DNA of 57,272 bases, counting the filler, from Sluysia triapertura (lineage: Eukaryota), in assembly GCA_046118255.1 (NCBI GenBank). It is 4 parts of 4 records of this genome, joined end to end, with 100 filler letters (N's around TTAATTAATTAA, not from the genome) between each part and the next. Parts side by side here need not be neighbours in the genome. Positions count along the whole stretch, not along the records: positions 43,533 to 57,272 come from JBJNIA010022955.1; 3 more parts are not named here. One strand, 5' to 3'. Position 1 is the stretch's first letter. Each line of letters opens with the position of its first letter. The notes under the pieces were generated by a model. It saw nothing but the letters and a program-made list of their open reading frames with translations, ran no database searches and had not been told where the DNA came from. This document shows, one piece after another, positions 54,060 through 57,272 of this stretch. The position numbers were made by a program, and so were the translations under genes.

Positions 54060-55650
54060 TTCCTTAAACATTTTCTTTTCTACGGAATGTTTATTTGTTT
54101 CAAAATATATGTTTCATTTATCGAAACGTTTATATTGTTTCTTATTTTACTACTCGGAATTTTATGAGAAAATTTAATATTTATTTAGATAAGATAATTA
54201 CAATAAAAATTCTATGGGCCGAATTTAAAAAAATTTATTTATTGTGACAGTACAAGTTGATGGTGTTGTCAACATTCATCAATATAGTTATTGGTTATTT
54301 CAGAGACATTAAGATGTGCAAAAAATAAAACTATTTCCTAAATTGTGGAAATATTTAAGTTAACAAGTCTAATATAATTTTCTGTGCAAGTAATACAAAT
54401 CAATATAAGATTATGTTACATATATTAAATTTTATTTTTGATGTGAAATTAAAAATATTCAACTTGAACTCTATTGATAATGTCCAGAGAGAGCGTTTTG
54501 CTTCCATTTATCTTTTACAACCATTTTTTTCGAAAATATTTTTCATATCTCTCAGTATTTTCTGTGGCCTGAAAATTCTTTGATTAGGTCTAGAAACTTA
54601 TATTTTGTGAAAAAGTGTTTAATTTTGAAAATAATCGAAATTTCTAGCCGGACGGAATGTTATGTATAGGTTCTACACTAGTCTGTATCTGTTAATGTGT
54701 AGAAAAATAATGTCTGCATGCTATAGCATATGTATTATAAATAAAAATATCCTTTTTCTTGCCGTGTTTACTAATTATTAAAAGCACCGCTTCTGTACTA
54801 ATTATAATGGTGTCAAATATCGATACTTTTCTAAAATAATATGAAAATGAATAATAATAATAATAATAATATTAATAATAATAATTATTATTATTATCAT
54901 TATTATACATTTTTACAATAATTTCTCAAATTTAGGTTCATTTTATTTATAAAACTTTTTCAAACTTTATCGTAAAAAATTGATTTTTTTAAAATTTATC
55001 GTTTACTTTTGTATGTTTTTATATTTTATTAACGAAACTCTTTAGCAAAATCGACACCAGTGTAATTAACTATTGTTTCTTTTCTTTTAGAAAATGAAAT
55101 TAATTAACCAGACTATCATTAAATCAAAATAACATATGTGTAATATAATCACTAAATAGAATTGCAAAGATAGAAAGGAGATATTTCAATATATATAATT
55201 ATAAAATATACGAATGTGTGTTATTTTTGATGCTTATTTGTAAATTATTCAACTTAATGCTAGATAATGTGCTTTGAGTAAATTTCTTTGAATTTTAACT
55301 GGATTCACAACTGTACTATAATTATTAATTGGATTTTCTACATTGTGTATCAGGATGTTCACTTTCCTAGTTAAGAAATTAGTGTGTGTGTGAATGAAAA
55401 TATTCTTCAATAACCAAAATAATATATTGCTTTACAGTCACAGTACTTAGTAAAAATTAGGTTCTATTTTAATAATGATTTCATTGAAACGAACCGAATA
55501 TGGTTGCCGTTTCTATTGTCCGGATCGACTTCGAGGGTCTTCGTTTATCTTTTTAAATTGCAATTAAAAGATTTCTCAACAATTGATGATTCTATCTTTT
55601 ACTTAAAATTATTCTGATAGTAAATTTCACTACAAATTATTTTTAATCAT

Positions 55651-55815
55651 TTTTGGTTGTCATCCCAACCTTCTAAGTCCTTTTAAAATTGTTATTTTCT
55701 AAAAAAAAGAAACTTAAAATAAAATAAAAAATAAAACATAAAATAATTTTCGAAAAAAGAAAATAACATTTTCTAAAAATGAAATCGAGAAATTCCATTG
55801 ATTTTCATTGCAACA
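55651..55815 (+). repeat. Dispersed repeat, copy 2 (relative of 7101-7310)
   Basis: Collinear shared blocks with the reverse complement of 7101-7310. Confidence 0.55.
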
Positions 55816-56116
55816 TTTTGGTTAAAATCACAGTAGATAATCTTTACACAATCATTTATTGTAAATCTCTTATTTTTCCCTTTAGAGACACCAGTTTTCT
55901 TATCGATTATTTGTGTAGCGAATTATATCAATTTAAATACAAAACTTTTGTCTTCCTTGATTTGGTAAGTTTTTTCTATTATGACAATTTTAACTTTAGG
56001 AATCATTTTATTAACTGAATTTTGATCCCCGATGTACTGAGCAGTAAACTAATTTTAAAAATATTTATTTATTAAAAAATTAAATCCTTAAGCAGGTTTT
56101 AATTATAAAATTTTCT

Positions 56117-56163
<47 letters not shown>

Positions 56164-56425
56164 TTTTCTCTTCTCTTTTGATTTATTAAAGTTTATATCA
56201 TAAAGTTTTAATAAATATTTTGTATTTTGATTAGTTATTTAAGGACCAGTATAATTTATTGTATTAAAGTAATTTAATACGACAATGATTCTGACTCTCG
56301 AGTTCATACGTAAAATAAAGGAATAAGTTACGGAAACGCCAATTCTGATCAATTTTATTTTTCTATAGGCTAAGAGTTAAGAAAACCACACAAACATAAA
56401 TTGTCTTTATCTGTAAATTCTGGAT

Positions 56426-56697
56426 TAGAGTGACCATTTATTTCGTAACATAATGTGCGGGACAGAGAGCGCTCATGTGTGCGACGCAAACGTAAATACA
56501 TTTATTAAAAAATTAATCATTTTATAAAATATTAATTTAATAATTATAATATTATAACAGTTATAAAAATTATGAAATTATAATATTATAATAATAATTA
56601 TAATTACAATAATATGATGAATTATCTAATTCCGGAACATATATTAATACGAGATATGGGCTTTAATCCTGGAAATATAGACCGAATGGTCACCCCA
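56426..56697. mobile_element. hAT-Blackjack-like MITE
   Basis: TAGAGTGACCA...TGGTCACCCCA with the CGGGACA motif; TSD not evident. Confidence 0.65.
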
Positions 56698-57272
56698 ATT
56701 CGTCACTGTTTCAATAAAATTTGAATTTATTCAATTAAAATATAATTTCAAAATTATAACAAATTTATGGCCTAATTCAATTACATTTAAAATCATACTT
56801 AATGTATCCATTTTTATTTTAAATAGAATTTTAATTTTGAGATACTTGATATGGTCTCGAAACATTTTCCAACCAATCACAATGAGTGTCTGTTACACCT
56901 AATTCTTTGTTTGCAGTATTTTTCACTGATATTTTCTATTTTTTCCCCTTTTCAGACAAAAAATTAACAAATATTTAAATATTTTTATTTACATTATTCT
57001 GTATTGGTAGGACTAATAATTATAAAAATTCCAAAAGGCCGAACAGCAGATAAGAATCGTCTTAAAATAGTATATAAATATAATATGTATCAGATATCGA
57101 AAATAAGGATACAATCCTAAATTTCGTCATGCATAAAACAAAAGCAGGAAGTTGTAAACACCGGTAGTTTCCTGAAAAAACAACTGATACTTCCGATTCT
57201 TTTTTGCTTATTAATTTTGGATTTTGAATTTATTTCGATGAACGTTATAAAATTGATTTTTTAAATTAAATT

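Noticed and set aside
43533-57272. Remaining WASHC5 3' exons
   Set aside because: No GQMQILR, DIEAHY or LLKQFH-like motifs found; the segment lies beyond an artificial spacer.

Overview
Very AT-rich eukaryotic (animal) genomic DNA, roughly 20-25% GC by eye, with many (AAT)n tracts. The window is not continuous: three artificial 100-nt spacers (44N-TTAATTAATTAA-44N at 11331, 26018 and 43433) join four segments whose true adjacency is unknown. The main gene is a + strand WASHC5/strumpellin: 16 exons traced by hand (27234-41232, 975 codons), with the C-terminus missing before a spacer. Its first five introns are only 30-34 nt, a pattern known from parasitic flatworms (taxon is inference). Also present: one RGS-domain exon (-), an orphan 333-aa ORF, a tRNA-Cys-like pseudogene or SINE head, decayed intronless relics of host genes (RIOK2, FPPS, probably a C1-domain protein and a kinase), and many DNA-transposon remnants (pogo/Tigger, Tc1, hAT, piggyBac-like MITEs). 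The most unusual structure is a 2.6-kb element (22034-24657). It encodes a Gag-like zinc knuckle plus a long unrecognised AT-hook extension, has no pol, carries one LTR-like block, and is bounded by ~125-bp inverted repeats derived from that LTR's end. A relative with a tRNA-Lys primer-binding site lies at about 3960-5665.
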